DNA of 64,000 nt from Nymphaea colorata (Eukaryota). The DNA lies in the NCBI RefSeq assembly GCF_008831285.2, contig NC_045138.2:26474001-26538000 (forward strand), in the 5' to 3' direction. Shown here in pieces: positions 14,401 to 27,648 of this stretch; within the stretch, counting starts at the first letter, position 1, and each line of letters starts with the position of its first letter. The position numbers were made by a program, and so were the translations under genes. The notes beneath the pieces were generated by a model, which saw only the letters and a list, made by a program, of their open reading frames with translations, was not told the origin of the DNA and did no database searches.

Positions 14401-17068
14401 GTTCAGATTGAGGGCAACCATGTAGGAAGAAACAATGGGTGAGGAGAGGAAAAAAAAACAAGTAGACAAATGGTATGAGCTAAGTGCATTTAAATATATT
14501 ATCATCATTTAGTCATTTTTGACCTTCAGAAACAAAGGCTTGTTTCAGTTGTTACATATTTCTTCAATAGACCAAATTTGGCATCAGTCTACCTTCAATG
14601 ATCACCATTTGCATCCTCTGTACGATTTTAGTGGCACTGGTGATGGTGAAATATGACTGTCTAACGACTTTTTCTGTTCCTGCTCCTCCGTCTTCGGAGG
14701 AGGCTGTTCACTACCATTGATGGACATTACTCTAATCTGCTAACCAAAGCAACGGGTTGAGAGAGAGAGAGAGAGAGAGAACACTTAAAGGAGTGGGAAG
14801 GCAGATTCAGGGAAGGCAGTTTCATTACAGTAGAGCTGTGTCGTCTAGACGTGGCGCCACCCCTCGAGGAAGAATGAAGTGAAGCAGTTCCTGGTTTGGC
14901 AGAAAAGGAGCGAAGCAAATTTGACCTTCGACGTCTCTCGAGTAGAAAGGAGTAACAACCTTATGCTTGATTTGATTGGGTGAATGATGTAAAACTTATT
15001 GTAGCTTGGTGTTTACTAGTTCAATGGGCAGCAAGAGGGAAGAGAGAGAAGAAGGAGGGGAAAGGAAAGAAAAGAAGTGGAGAACAAAAGGATACTTAGT
15101 CATGATATGGAAAAAGGTGAAAACAAAAGGATACTTGGTCACGATCAGTCCTTTTGAATTGATGCAATTAAGCTTTTCTTAGCTCACAATTCACCTGGCT
15201 TTTTGAATATTTTTAACATACATGCTGCTTACCCTAAAAGTTTCTTTTCTCATTTTTTTCCAATGCTAGACAAAGTCAACCCACAAAAGCCAAATTAAGT
15301 TTCAGAAACAACTCCCTTATCAACCTTTATAGAGTTTGTGCTCAAAGTTGATAATCGGAGAATGCACTTATTTAACAGAAGTCATCATTATAATTCCAAG
15401 TAAATTCATGGGTTTTATGTCATTTAATGAAATAAGGTTACGGGTCGGGAAGAACATGTACACTGTGATCAACTTGTTCAGATTCACGTTTTTTTGCCAT
15501 TTACATAACTTGTTCAGGTTCACTTTCTTTGATTATTTACATATCGTTGTCTGCTTTATGGATGATGCTCTACTCGTAGCATTTCCCTTATAAATCATTG
15601 ACTTTTTTCAGGTCAGTGTTGATTATTTGACCAGACCATTAGAAGTATTCAAGGAAATGTGTAGAGTTCTTAAACCTGGAGGTCTAGCTATAATGAGGTA
15701 TATGTGCATTCATGTTGCAGCTGAGAACTTGCGGTTCATATCCTTTAACATGGTTATTCATGATTTTGCTATTTGACACCCTTTGTATTGATTAAGTTCA
15801 AAATTTACTGAAGGCAACCCCCAATGTCCTTGATGAATAAATTCCCTTCTCTTTGTACAATCAAGGAAAGAACAGTCTCGCTCACTGAGCTCCTTATCTA
15901 AAACCCCAATTCCTCGTTATGCCCCAGGAACTAAACACAACTTCACCATGTGAGCAAGGGACACACCCACATGTTCGAACTCTTGATGTACCATAAAATT
16001 GGTGATGCTCAGAAGTCACAACTATCAGATGCCCATTAAATTTCCACCTTAGTCTTTTCTGCAAAATTTCTAACGGTCAAAGGAACAAAAAGAAACAGTT
16101 ACTCAATTTTCTTGGCATTTGTATTGTTTCAGGTCGGTGGCATGGCAAATAAGTACCATCATTTGTATTTTTTTCTTTTTTGCAGTTGTTAATCTACTTT
16201 GGTTTTGTGTGTTTATTTTGAATATTCTATGTGGATCATGCTCAATGTTTTATTCATCCCACTTTAGTTGTTTCTAACTCTTCTTTTGTTTAATTTTAGT
16301 TTTTCAAATCGTTGTTTTTGGACGAAGGCAATTTCCATATGGACATCCACTGGTGATGCTGATCATGTGTTGATTGTCGGTTCCTATTTTCACTATGCTG
16401 GAGGCTTTGAAACACCTCAGGTACTTGGGGACCGAAAAGCTTCTGAATATGCACCTTTCCTCACAGAACTTTCCTATAGATATGCTTGCACAGTAAATAT
16501 ACTTTTATGTCCATGGAGAGATGTTCACTTGCCACCTTGGCCTAAATCTTGAAGGTACAGACTGAAATGTCTGGACTCCGAATAGCTTGGACTTGGGCTT
16601 AATACATTTTTTGTCACAAGTTTCTACAGATTCCATTGGCTATTTTTTGACAGAATGAATTAAGTTATGTTTTCACTGCATTCTGCACACTTATGGAACT
16701 AGTATAATGTGATGTTCATTCTATTACAGAAACAAAAAATAGAAATTAGAGTTTGTAGTCGCTATAGGTTCTTTGCAATATATTCATAAGATTTGTGCTC
16801 ATGTCTTAACTAGCTTATCTAATCAAATCACCAAAACAGCAACAGCGTTCGCAATATTTCACCGACTTCTAAATGCTTTGAATTGACATTCTGCTGAATA
16901 TTTGGCGATGCTGAATATAAGCATAAACAGCTATCTATGTTTGATACCAAATTTTTTATTCTTATGTGAAGGAGTTTGCTGTTGAAATTGCAGGCCGTTG
17001 ATATTTCTCCAAATCCAGGGCGATCAGATCCAATGTATGTTGTCTATGCAAGAAAAGCGCAAGCTTAA
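11425..17068 (+). CDS. Class I SAM-dependent methyltransferase (Methyltransf_11-like; resembles Arabidopsis At4g29590 as recalled), probably plastid-targeted, 333 aa
   Basis: Exons 11425-11760, 12320-12387, 13276-13423, 13521-13601, 14201-14287, 15612-15697, 16300-16420, 16994-17068 (1002 nt, all GT-AG). Motifs FQRFDESSDSLFYSAPRFVTHIDD, LLDMCSSWVSHYP, GMGMNDEEL, VSVDYLTRP, RVLKPGG, SFSNRCFWTKA, SDPMYVV. The N-terminus is Ser/Arg/Lys-rich and transit-peptide-like. The start codon is less certain than the internal exons. Confidence 0.92.
15471..15542. repeat. Imperfect 36-bp tandem duplication in methyltransferase intron 5
   Basis: aacttgttcag(a/g)ttcac...atttacat occurs twice in tandem. Confidence 0.75.
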
Positions 17069-18029
17069 GCATCACAAGCTTCATAACCAAAATGACTACC
17101 AGCTTGAAACTCATTCCGGAAGTTTTACACTGTATTCTGTTCCCCCCAAATGCAGGAGCTGATCATCTAATGACTCCCCAGCTCTGTAGAAAAGTTCTTT
17201 GTTATTTTATGTATTAATTCATGAATAAATTAAAGTGCCCAATGACCTCACCCACCGTAAGTCACAGGCCCTTCTCCTCTCTCTCCCTCCCTCAAACCAT
17301 AGAGGTCTAAGGAATCGGTTTCTTCTGCGTTGGAATGAAATATTATAGTAGTGAGTGCCATCACGAGGGACAGGGGCCAACCCTACTCACATTTTTATTC
17401 TCGAGAAGCACCGTTTCACAACTTAGAAAGAGAAAATCTTCAGAGAGAGACCAAACGATTAGCTCAAAGAATATACGCCGCCGATCATGAGTTCAAACTT
17501 CATTTAGGTTTAGGCTGCTCAAAAGTGAGCTGAAGCTCTTCCCCTTTGCCTCTACCTTTATTAGAGTTGAAGAACTTGAGAAAGGTATGGTACACCCAAC
17601 GTGCCACAATTTCACTCTTTGCAGTTTAAAAAAGTAATATCCATAAAAATCAAATTGACGATGGAGCTTGCCATACTGATTAGCTATGCTACACCTTAAG
17701 ATTAGCGTTCACAGAAATCAAACTGATCATTGAGCTTTTGCTGAGAAGATTGAAGGCACTCCCGATTAAACCAGTCCACCCGAACATAAAACGATTGGAG
17801 ATATTTACACCATAACATTGTCATACAAGAAAAGTTGTCAGCAATTAAACTGTTGGAGCCATTCAAGATCGTGTTTGTTACGCGGATTACTTATCTGCGT
17901 TTTGAGCGGGTTTGACTTGTGTGGGCTGCGAATCAAATAGCTGCAAAAACAGTTACGCGATAACTTATGCGGAGACACGTTGTCTTTGTCAAGGACCAAA
18001 GAAGGGTCGGTTGGTTTGGATCTATGTCC

Positions 18030-18147
18030 GTCCACGCCTTCCAAGCCCCCTCGGCTCTCGCCCACTGTTCCGCTCACTGCCCTCTTTGAGCCGACCGGCC
18101 GCCGGCCACCTTGGACGGCCCATTACCACCATCCGTGCCGGCGACAG
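18030..18147 (+). other. Probable 5'UTR leader exon of CWF19L2, followed by a ~2 kb leader intron (18148-20193)
   Basis: GC-rich block ending in CAG|GTAAAT at 18147/18148, followed by CT/T-rich intron-like sequence; acceptor ttag at 20193. The left boundary is approximate. Confidence 0.55.
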
Positions 18148-20245
18148 GTAAATCTTTCTCTCTCAAATGTTTTAGTTTGAGCACCCAACCTCCCCTTTTG
18201 CCTCTTCTGCTTCTTTCTCGACCCCTCAAGAAGGGAAATTAGTGCCTCTGGAGAGAAGCGTTTTTGTTGGAAGGCCAGTCAATTCGAGGTCGAGTATCGT
18301 CGTAGCAATTGGAATCCGTATTCTCATCGGCTCTTATTCGCCTTCCTTTAGCACCGTCGCATCTTCCGTCGTCCTCTACATGGCCCCAACATTGAGGTGC
18401 CCCTTTTACAAGTTTTTATCTCCATGAGTTTCTCTCTCTTTTGTCAGACTTCTTCGCGCTTTGATATGGGTATTTTGATATGCCCCTTTTGAGTGATGAT
18501 TGGGATTTTGTTTTCTCCTTTTTATTGCTGATTTTAGGGTTTCAGCTTACCCCATTACATTTTTTTTATGCTAAACATTATATTTCGTTTATATTTGGTT
18601 GTTGATTTAGGGGTCTCATTTGCCCTTTTTAATTGCTGATTTTGGGTTTTCAGCCCAATCAGTGGTCGGGTTTTGTTTTTATAATCTTTCAATGGCCGGT
18701 TTTATTTTCACAATCTGACCGGTTGAAGGCACGAACATAGCAGCGTTTTCTCTTAAAACTTTCTTGTGGAGATGTTCGACATGTCGTCGGTATCATTGAT
18801 AGAGGTTTAGCAGTTTTGGAAGTCTTTGTGTTGTATTTTTGGCATTGGTCAGCCTTTTAGTTTATATTCTTTATCGCTATAGCTGCAGTGGGTTATCCGT
18901 GTCTATTTATGTTCCTAGGGATTCACACATTAGAGAGGTACAAACTTGATCTCAGGGAGTTGGACGCATCAGGTGCTTATATGAGTCGAATCTAGTGTAC
19001 CTGAATTGAATTTCTCGCAGCGACAGTGAGAAATGGTGTGGCCACGGGAACTTTGATATCATGAATGCTTTTACTTTTTGCAAGATCATAAATTACTCAT
19101 CTTTTGGCTCTCGATGTTAGTATTTAACTGCTGATACATGGTATTAAATTTCCTTATTTTATGTCTCATTGTTTATAAGTACTTTTCTTTGTATTACTGC
19201 AAAAAAATGGCAGTTAAAACCAGCATCCACCTTCCCTCTTTCTTTTAGTTGCTAATCAGCAGGTTCTTTTCCAATACACACACTCTCTCCCTGTTGTTCA
19301 TCTTTCTCCTATTTCTGGTGTTTCATGCTTTGATAGATGGCTTTTTTGCAGTCCTTTTTTCATCTTCATTTGGTGTAGTTTGTTTATATTTTGATTTTAT
19401 AGAATAAGATGATTAGGCACTTCTCTCCAAGTGTTTTTTTTTTTGAAATGGAGACTCTGATATTAGACCAAACATGGTTTCCTGACATGAATAACCATAA
19501 GAACTATATAGAATGTAGACCTGGAACATGCTTTATTGGGCACTGATACTTTTTTGCTCAGTTCCCTATTCTTGGCATAACGAGTCACATCTCAATGGTG
19601 ATTTTCACAACGAGATCATGTTCTGGGAATTTCTGGTTATGCAACCTGCCAGGGTGTGCAGGGCAGACTGACTTTAGTTCTCGCTTTCATTGTGAGAATT
19701 GCCAGAAGAGTCAAGAGTTGTCAAACAGGTAAAGGTGGCTGGAGATTACTGAAGTAGACAACAATAGATAAGGTAGGTGATTGACAGAGGGTTCAACACG
19801 AGAACAGAAAGTGAAGCTATTGAAGGTAGAACCAAGTTTTCCACAATGAAGTCCATGATCTTCACACACTAATTATGGCTAAACCACTGAATATCTGAAC
19901 GTATAATTGCAAGAATACTGATGAAAATTTAGATGGTTAGTCACCAGGTTTAAGGGACAAACATTTCTCTGTGAATGTCTTACAGATCAGGTGCTTTTAA
20001 TAACTGTTTGGTCGACATCTGTCTATAACCACTTGTAGGAGCTTAGCGTGCAGGCAATCTAATTGTTTTGCTTTCCTTTTCTTAATGTTTTGGAGATATG
20101 AAATTTGATTCAGGTTTTTCTGGATGGCATCTGAACAGCCATTCTTTAGTTATTTCTTCTTAACCAACTTATCTCTTTTCTACATGAACTTAGGTGATCC
20201 TTGTTGTTCAATAAATGCTGTTTATTGTACTGAATTAACGGAAAG

Positions 20246-23200
20246 ATGCTTTCTGGAGTAAAGTTCATCCCTCAAGGCCAAGTTGAAGATGTAAGTTAAC
20301 ATTTTCATTGAGTCTTTGTTCCTTTCGCATCATGCTTTCCAAACTTTCTTCTTGGACAACTGCTGGTTTGTCTTTTTTTGTCTACTTGTTTTTAGTGAAT
20401 TGATGATTGTTGCATATTGACTGCATATCTGCAGGCAGAGCATGGTTTGGATATTGATTCTCCTTTGGAAAGAAGGGCAAAATCTAGAAGGAAGGACAGA
20501 CATGGGAAGAGAAAGAAGAAAAGCCGCCATGACAGCTCGGATGATGATGAACTTGAGAACCTGAAACACAAATCAAGACGCAAAAAGAGTTGGTATTCAT
20601 CAGAGCCTTCTTCATCCTCTGGAGATGAGAACAGCAGTTTTGAGAGTGAAGGAAGTGATGTCAAGAATAGGAGAAGAAAAAGCAGCAGGCGGAAACGAAG
20701 AGACAAGAAAAGTCAAATTGATGTTTCTGGTGAAGAAGCAGATGGCAGACCAAGGAGCAAATCAAAAGGAAAGAAGAAAGAGTATTCTTCAGAAGCTTCT
20801 TTATCTGACTCCGGAAGTGGTGAAGAAGGAAAACGCTGTAATGAGCGCAAAGGTGGCTACTAAGTTTATGTTGCACTTGGGAAATGAGTGTGTAATAAAT
20901 AATACCTTCCATTCATCAGTTCTTGTGCATTGCAGATAGTAAAGGAAAAGGTGCTGATCAAGGCAACAGAGAAAATTATAGAAAAGAGATGGGACTTGAA
21001 TGGATGCTTAGACCTGCTCACAACCAGGAAGTACAACGGCCTGCCCAACAAATTGATGCTGAAGAGGAGCCTGCTCTTCAAGAGGTGGTTGTTGCCTTCG
21101 AAAACTGAGATAGGGTTATGCTTCTTTCTTCAAACATGTCGTGCACACTTAGGTTTGGTTGTTCATGATCTGGCTCTCTGCCCCCTTTCAACTATTTTCA
21201 TGTTGTTTTTCACAGATTCAACTGTATGAATGGATGCACAATGCCCAAAATTATAAGATTAAGGAAAAAATCCTATGTACAGTTTAAATTTGATAAGATT
21301 TTAAGGTCCACGTACTTAGCTTTTTATGCTGACAATTGATACAGTCAAATTTGGACGTTTGATTTTCATCAATTCTTTTGTTAATGCATTTTCAAACATT
21401 CCACATTCATCTATGTGGTTAGATTTTTGAAAAAAAAAAGAAAAAAAAAAGATAAAGCAATTAGAGCTACCTGTCACTATATGGTGTGTGTGTGTAAACT
21501 ATCGTTGATAAAGCCATTTAGTGGTTTATGTTGTTGTCAGATCCACCTAAGTATATGATGGTGTGATGGCTTTGTTAATTTGTCTATGGATAACAATTTT
21601 TTATTTCCACTTTGTCCATCTGAATTCTATTATATGACTTATATTTTGGCTTACAATTGACAGGAAAAAAGGCCAAATCCAAGAGAACTAAATCCATACC
21701 TTAAGGACAATGGAAGTGGTTATCCTGAAGAAGCATCTGTGGAACCTGATCAGAATCAGTTTAGTTCAGTTCCAGTTGTTGGTGATGGTGGTGCAAGTTG
21801 GCGACTGAAAGCCCTAAAACGTGCACAAGAGCAAGCAGCCCGAGAAGGAAGAAAGCTAGATGAGGTTTTATTGACTTGCTGGAATATATGATAACTGTGT
21901 TAATTGCTAGCAACTAATCATGTTCTTTTTTCCCCAGGTAGTTGAAGAGCGGTGGGGTTCTCTTGGGAAGATGACAGTTTCGCTTGCACGAAACAGAGCT
22001 GCTCCCACTCATGCCCATCTACGTGCAATAAGAGATAGAAAAAGAGGACATAAAGAAAATGATGAACAATACGTGGATGCTGATCATACAAAGAGTCATG
22101 ATGACAAAGTGCAAAATGAGAAGCGTGATTATCTTAAAGGAATCTCTGTCCGTAATCCAGATATGAGACAGCCTAAAACACATGATTCACTCTCATGGAG
22201 GAAGAAGGACCTGTATAAATCTGAAGAACATGCTGAACTAATCTCTTCTGCAGCTTCAGGCTTGAATAAGTTCACGAATGATGGTAGCTTCCTGCAGTCG
22301 TTTAATCTTAGACAGCCAAAGGATGCTGAGGTGATTGCCACATCAGCAACTGCAGATACCACGGAAACTGAAAAGCGTGAGCCACATTTTGTCTCTACTA
22401 ACTTTAATGTTAATCAAGAATACAATTCAACTGGAAGCCACACAATGAGTGCAAATCAGTTAGCAGCAAAAGTATTGCAGCTTCGTATGAAAGGAAAGCA
22501 TGAAGAGGCAGATGAGCTTTTGGTAAGATGGCTCTTTAGAATCTTTCAACCCTTGGTTATCTTTTATTGGGGGTTCTCCAACGGCATTTGATATTAAAGA
22601 AAGGAAAAAAAAATAGTGCTTTATTGCACTGTATAATTGAAGTTAGATTTCATATTTGATGAAAAGGTTATGTGCATGCAGCCCAAGATTCTTCATGCTC
22701 AATTATTTGCACAATCACTTGTTATATATATGCACTGTGAAAGTACTCATGCACATTTTCCACTTTTTGGTGCATCACATATCAAATTGCCCCATGTTTC
22801 TTTTATTCTAGACAGTTGGAGAGGATGATGGAGTTTGCACAGTGCATGCACACACAGAATGCATTCTTTCCCATGATTGATCATACAAAATTACAAATTA
22901 CTTCTTTATGTGTTACCAATGTTCTCATGCCTTTGTTTCAGAAAGAGTCTGAGAGAACGGCGGAAATGCAGAAAAAGAATGATAAGAATACTGCCATGAG
23001 TAATCCTAACAGGTAAGTCTGGATTACCTTTTCAAATTTGTATTCACATGTTTCCTGGGAAATGCATAGAACATGTTCTAGCCACGAGTAATCCTAACTT
23101 CGTGACTCTCGTTCTGTTTCAACACAAATTCTGTTATTCTTCTTCTTATTACCTGATTTGTTTGTGTTTTGTTGCCTCTATGTGGTGTAGATCTGGGTTG

Positions 23201-26200
23201 ACACAAACATCCATTCAACAAAAGAAAGCAGAAGAGAATGTTGACATGCATTTGGCCAAGAAAATCATGCAGAACAAGCAATACAAATCATCTGAGGCGG
23301 CAGACAATGAGTATGAATATGATGATGTTTCAGCTACAAAGCCAAAAAAGAACAGAAAGGCAATGCATGGAAATAACATAATTAAGCATGAAAATCTTCA
23401 AAGACGGATATTGACACAGCAAGAGCGTTGCCAGTTCTGCTTTGAAAATCCAAGTAGGCCTAGGCATCTAGCCATATCAATAGGAAATTTATCGTATTTA
23501 ATGTTGCCTCCTTGGAAGCCGCTTGTGGAAGGGCATTGCTGTATTCTGCCGATGCAGGTTTGATTCTTTTATCATTTCTTTCTTTTTTTGTTTTTCTAAT
23601 TGTATTGTGCAACATACTATCACTTCTGAAATGAGATTAGACTTGGTGAGAGTGTGCTTCCACCAAAACACAGATGTGAGCAGTGGTAATATGGCAGGTG
23701 CTTTGTGATCTTAGTGAACATGCCCTTGTACTAGCAATATACTTTCCATTTTTTAGATATCCTACGCAGGTGGAATTCACGATTCTTTTTCCTTTCATTT
23801 TGCAGCATGAATCATCCACAAGGAATGTTGATGATGATGTGTGGAATGAATTGCGGAACTTTAAAAAGTGCCTCCTTAGGATGTTTGCTGAACAGGAGAA
23901 AGATGTTATATTCCTTGAAACAGCAATGGAATTATCTCGGCAACGTCGCCATTGTTTGGTTGAATGCATTCCTTTACCACATGAAATTGCAAAGGAAGCA
24001 CCGTTATATTTCAAGAAGGTTTGTTTTATCTTTATTTTCATACAGTTAAGTTTATGGCACCAGCTTGTTGGAAGTAAAGAAGAGGCATTCTATACTTGGA
24101 CAATCTGAAATGATCATTTACAATTTCAGCTTTGGTTTTTCTTTGAAGGAGAGAAGACTTGTTATGTGCTAATAGTATTTTTGGTGTGGTTGCATTGAGG
24201 GGAAAAGTACTAAATGAAGAGAGAGAGAGAGAGAGCAAAAAAAAAAAATAATAATGAGGGTAAATTTGGGAGGTACGGTTCATTTACCACTACCAAGAGA
24301 AGAAGTCAGCTCTCATCTGCATTGAATAGTCGTAGGAAAAAATAAGGACATGTTTGAACTATCACAAGAATTTGGGTATCAATCTGGACTATGACGAAAA
24401 ATAATGTTTGATTTTGTTAACAACCCTATCATTATCAACTTTAGATTTTACATGTACTGTGACTGACAGACACATATTCATGTTTTAGAATCCTGGCAGC
24501 TGAACCAAGCCATATAGATGCAAATTCAACTGGCTGAGTAACTGTAATAGAGTGAGGCTTTCACATCATCTGTGGGGTAGTCTGCATCTATCAGATACAG
24601 TAAATAGTCTGTCCAAGTTGCATTCCTTTATCCCTCTTCTTGACGGACTAGATAAAGGATTGTTTTATTTCTGACAGTTTTGGATCCATACTCTGGATGA
24701 GGATAATGTTTAATAAAATAAAGTTATGTAAATGTGTAGTACGGCCAAAGTCTTTCAAGAGAGGTGTTTATTTAAATATTGTAAGTTCTAGGGTTACTTC
24801 TCTCTTCGCGCTTGTAGCAGCTAGGATCTTTACTCATTATTTGTGTGCTTGGTGATTGTCTGTCAACCCCTTGTGATTTAGCAATTGATTGGATTAATAG
24901 CAGGAATAGATGGTTTGGTAAGTTTGAATAGCTTTTGAGGGGAAGCAAGGGGACAGATGGCTGGACTGCTAATTCAAAGTTGAACTAGCTCATCTCGGTT
25001 ACTGGATCTGTATCTTAAATCACTGGTTTTCCTTGGTGCTTTCCTGTCTGCTGCTACCGATTCCTGTTAATTGCATATTTGTTCTTTATATGGGATTATG
25101 GCCATTGGGTTTGACACTTTTTCTGTGTGATTCCCGTGTTGCCGTTCGAGGATGCAGACATAGAGATGATTTCTATGGACTGCATCTTTGGTGTGTTAGG
25201 AGTCTGTAATACTTTGATTTTTTTTTTGTTTTTGGTATACAATGACATTTTGAACATGCACCGTTAATCTCCTAAATTTTCTTATTTTGTATTGCCAATA
25301 TAATGTTCTTGGGACTACTAGAGAATGTGTTTGCTAATTATGATATTTTACACATAATATGGTTATTGGGAGTAAATTTGATACAAGGCATACATCACTT
25401 GATTAACCTTTGGAAAGCAAGTGTTTCCTTTTCTTTTGTAACATTAAGAAAATGCTTTCTTGTTTATCCAAATCAGATAATGAAGGATCTTCCTCTGGCC
25501 TGATGAACTTGGTTCTCTTCTTTTTGGAATTTCACAAGCACTGAGTCGTCTAAAAGATGGTTTTTGATTCCATAAAAGTACTCTTTGTACAGACTTACAC
25601 TAGATTATCTGTTTGTGTTGAACTAATATTACATGTATGCAAAAGTCTTCACTAGACTGTCCAGCCGTCCTCTCTTGAACTATCGTAACTCTCTTGAACT
25701 ATCGTAAAACATTCTTTCCATCTTCCATTTTTGGGCGGTAAATGAAATACTGGAATAAATCAGATACAGCAGATGATGTCAGTGTGATTTCTTTGGTATT
25801 ATAAGTTTGTATATCTGGTTAGGTGGCTGATATCAATACTCAAAGATGCGTTCTTCTGAGTTTATTATTCTGTGTGCTCAATGCTCATCCACATGGTTAT
25901 TAATTTATTACTTTCTGTCTAGAAAATTCTTTGACCTTGTTGCTGGTTTCTTTTAGGCCATTGATGAAGCAGAAGATGAGTGGAGTCAACACGATGCAAA
26001 AAAGTTGATAGATACAAGCTTAAAAGGGGGATTAAGGAATTCTATTCCAAAGAATTTTCCATATTTTCATGTTGAATTTGGTTTGCATAAAGGTTTCGTA
26101 CATGTTATTGATGATGAGACAAATTTCAAAAGTGGTTTGGGCCTTGATGTCATTCGTGGTATGCTTGAATTGCCTGAAGAGGACATGCATAGGCGACGAC

Positions 26201-26289
26201 AGTATGGATCTCTGGAAACACAGAAGAATGATGTATTGAGATTCTCCCGAGACTGGGCTCGTTTTGACTGGACCAGAGAACTTGACTAG
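20246..26289 (+). CDS. CWF19L2: CWF19-like protein 2 (CwfJ family, intron-lariat spliceosome factor), 793 aa
   Basis: Exons 20246-20290, 20435-20852, 20936-21084, 21664-21864, 21938-22522, 22942-23012, 23191-23557, 23806-24018, 25957-26289 (2382 nt, in frame). Motifs MLSGVKFIP, GLEWML, RELNPYLKDNGSGYP, GDGGASWRLKALKRAQEQA, CQFCFEN, GHCCILP, APLYFKKAIDEAEDEWSQH, PYFHVEFG, FDWT (CwfJ C-terminal domains). Confidence 0.95.
25670..25707. repeat. Perfect 19-bp tandem duplication in last CWF19L2 coding intron
   Basis: ctctcttgaactatcgtaa x2. Confidence 0.9.
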
Positions 26290-27077
26290 AATAATCAGCT
26301 TGGGGTTCAGACTCTGTGTTTGTGGCTCGTACGATTTGACCTGAAATTCCCAGGTGAGCCTGCAATTATATTAGTATACAGGACATGTGCCAAGAATTTC
26401 CTCCTTAATTCTTGTGTGGCTTTCAAGTCTTTGTGATGTACTCACAAGTGCATGTCAAGCTGCCCCTGGAATGCATGTCTTTCAATAGTGATGGTATCGG
26501 CTTGACAGTGAAAGATTGAGAGCTACATCCTTTATTCGGGCATTATGTTAGACTAATGAGTTTCTACCATGTACATCAGATAGTTGATAAGTCTGCCTGC
26601 AATCATACTACATTTTTCTTGTCGCTAAATGAACTGGAGCATTTTTTTTTATAACTCGAATGGACAATAATGAAGCCGTTGGGATGATTTATTTACTGAC
26701 CCTCAAACGGACATGTATATTAGATTTCTGTGGGGCCTGATCACAAGCCCGGTGCTTTGGTTAGTTTGCTGATTTAGTTTTTGGTCTTGGTCGCCTGCTT
26801 CAGATTTGTCGCTGAAAGCTGTATAAACTTCCTTTTGCTATGTGGTTTCTGTCCTTGTGCATTTTTGTTGGTCCACTCGAGAAGCCCAGAAGGAAAGAAG
26901 ATATAAACATAGAGGTCTATGGAGTCGAATTAACATCCGCAAATGGCTATATATACTTGGAAGGATCGTGAACCTTCCTCTAGCTACAGGTTTAGAGAAG
27001 CTTCCGCAGGTTTTTTCTGGAAGGCCAGGTTGGGTACTTGAACTGTGGTTCTTGAAGACACTGCTTATTGGATTGGT

Positions 27078-27648
27078 GTTGACTCTAGAATGGAGGTAGA
27101 ACTTTTTCAGTTATTAGTGTTGCTTTGTACCATGGAGTTATGCCTGTAAATTTGCATTCATTGCAGGATGCATACTGCTGATTGATTTTATCATGTCTGA
27201 CCTATGTAAATGGATTTTCCCATAGTTCCTTAATATCGTTAAGTATATGGATAATTTTTGCAAATGTTAAGAAGGGAGCTGCAGCTTTTTTACGACAAAA
27301 AAACGTATGTCATTGGAAAAAGACTTTTTAAGTGTCAATTTTTTTTGCTCACAATTATGAATTTTGATTGTTGACTCTAGAATGGAGGAAGAACTTTTCA
27401 GTTATTCGTGTTGCTTTGTACCATTGAGTTATGCCTGTAAATTTGCGTTCGTTCCAGGATTCATACTGCTGTATTGATTCTATTATATCTGACCTATGAA
27501 GATGGATTTTATTATGGTTCCTTACGATTGGTAAGTATATGGATAATTTTCGCAAATGTTAAGGGAGCCACAGCTTTTTGACGATAAAAAGGCGTATATG
27601 TCATTCGAAAAAGACTCATTTTTTTTTCTCACAATTATGAATTTGATT
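27078..27648. repeat. Diverged ~290-bp tandem duplication downstream of CWF19L2
   Basis: Both copies (27078-27369, 27370-27648) begin gttgactctagaatggagg, share gttgctttgtacca.gagttatgcctgtaaatttgc and aagtatatggataatttt, and end ctcacaattatgaatt(t)tgatt. Confidence 0.92.

Noticed and set aside
14683..14702. 8-bp GC hairpin (ctcctccg-tctt-cggaggag) as a terminator or miRNA
   Set aside because: Too short for a pre-miRNA, and intrinsic terminators are not relevant in a plant intron.
15738..15750. U12-type signals (atatcctttaac here; gtatcctt on the minus strand near 15091, 15130 and 46778)
   Set aside because: None lies at an exon boundary required by the reading frames; all coding introns resolve as GT-AG plus one GC-AG.
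15880..16040. tRNA or tRNA-derived SINE around gttcgaac (also ggttcgaat at 27650)
   Set aside because: Isolated B-box-like words; no cloverleaf, convincing A-box, tail or TSD.
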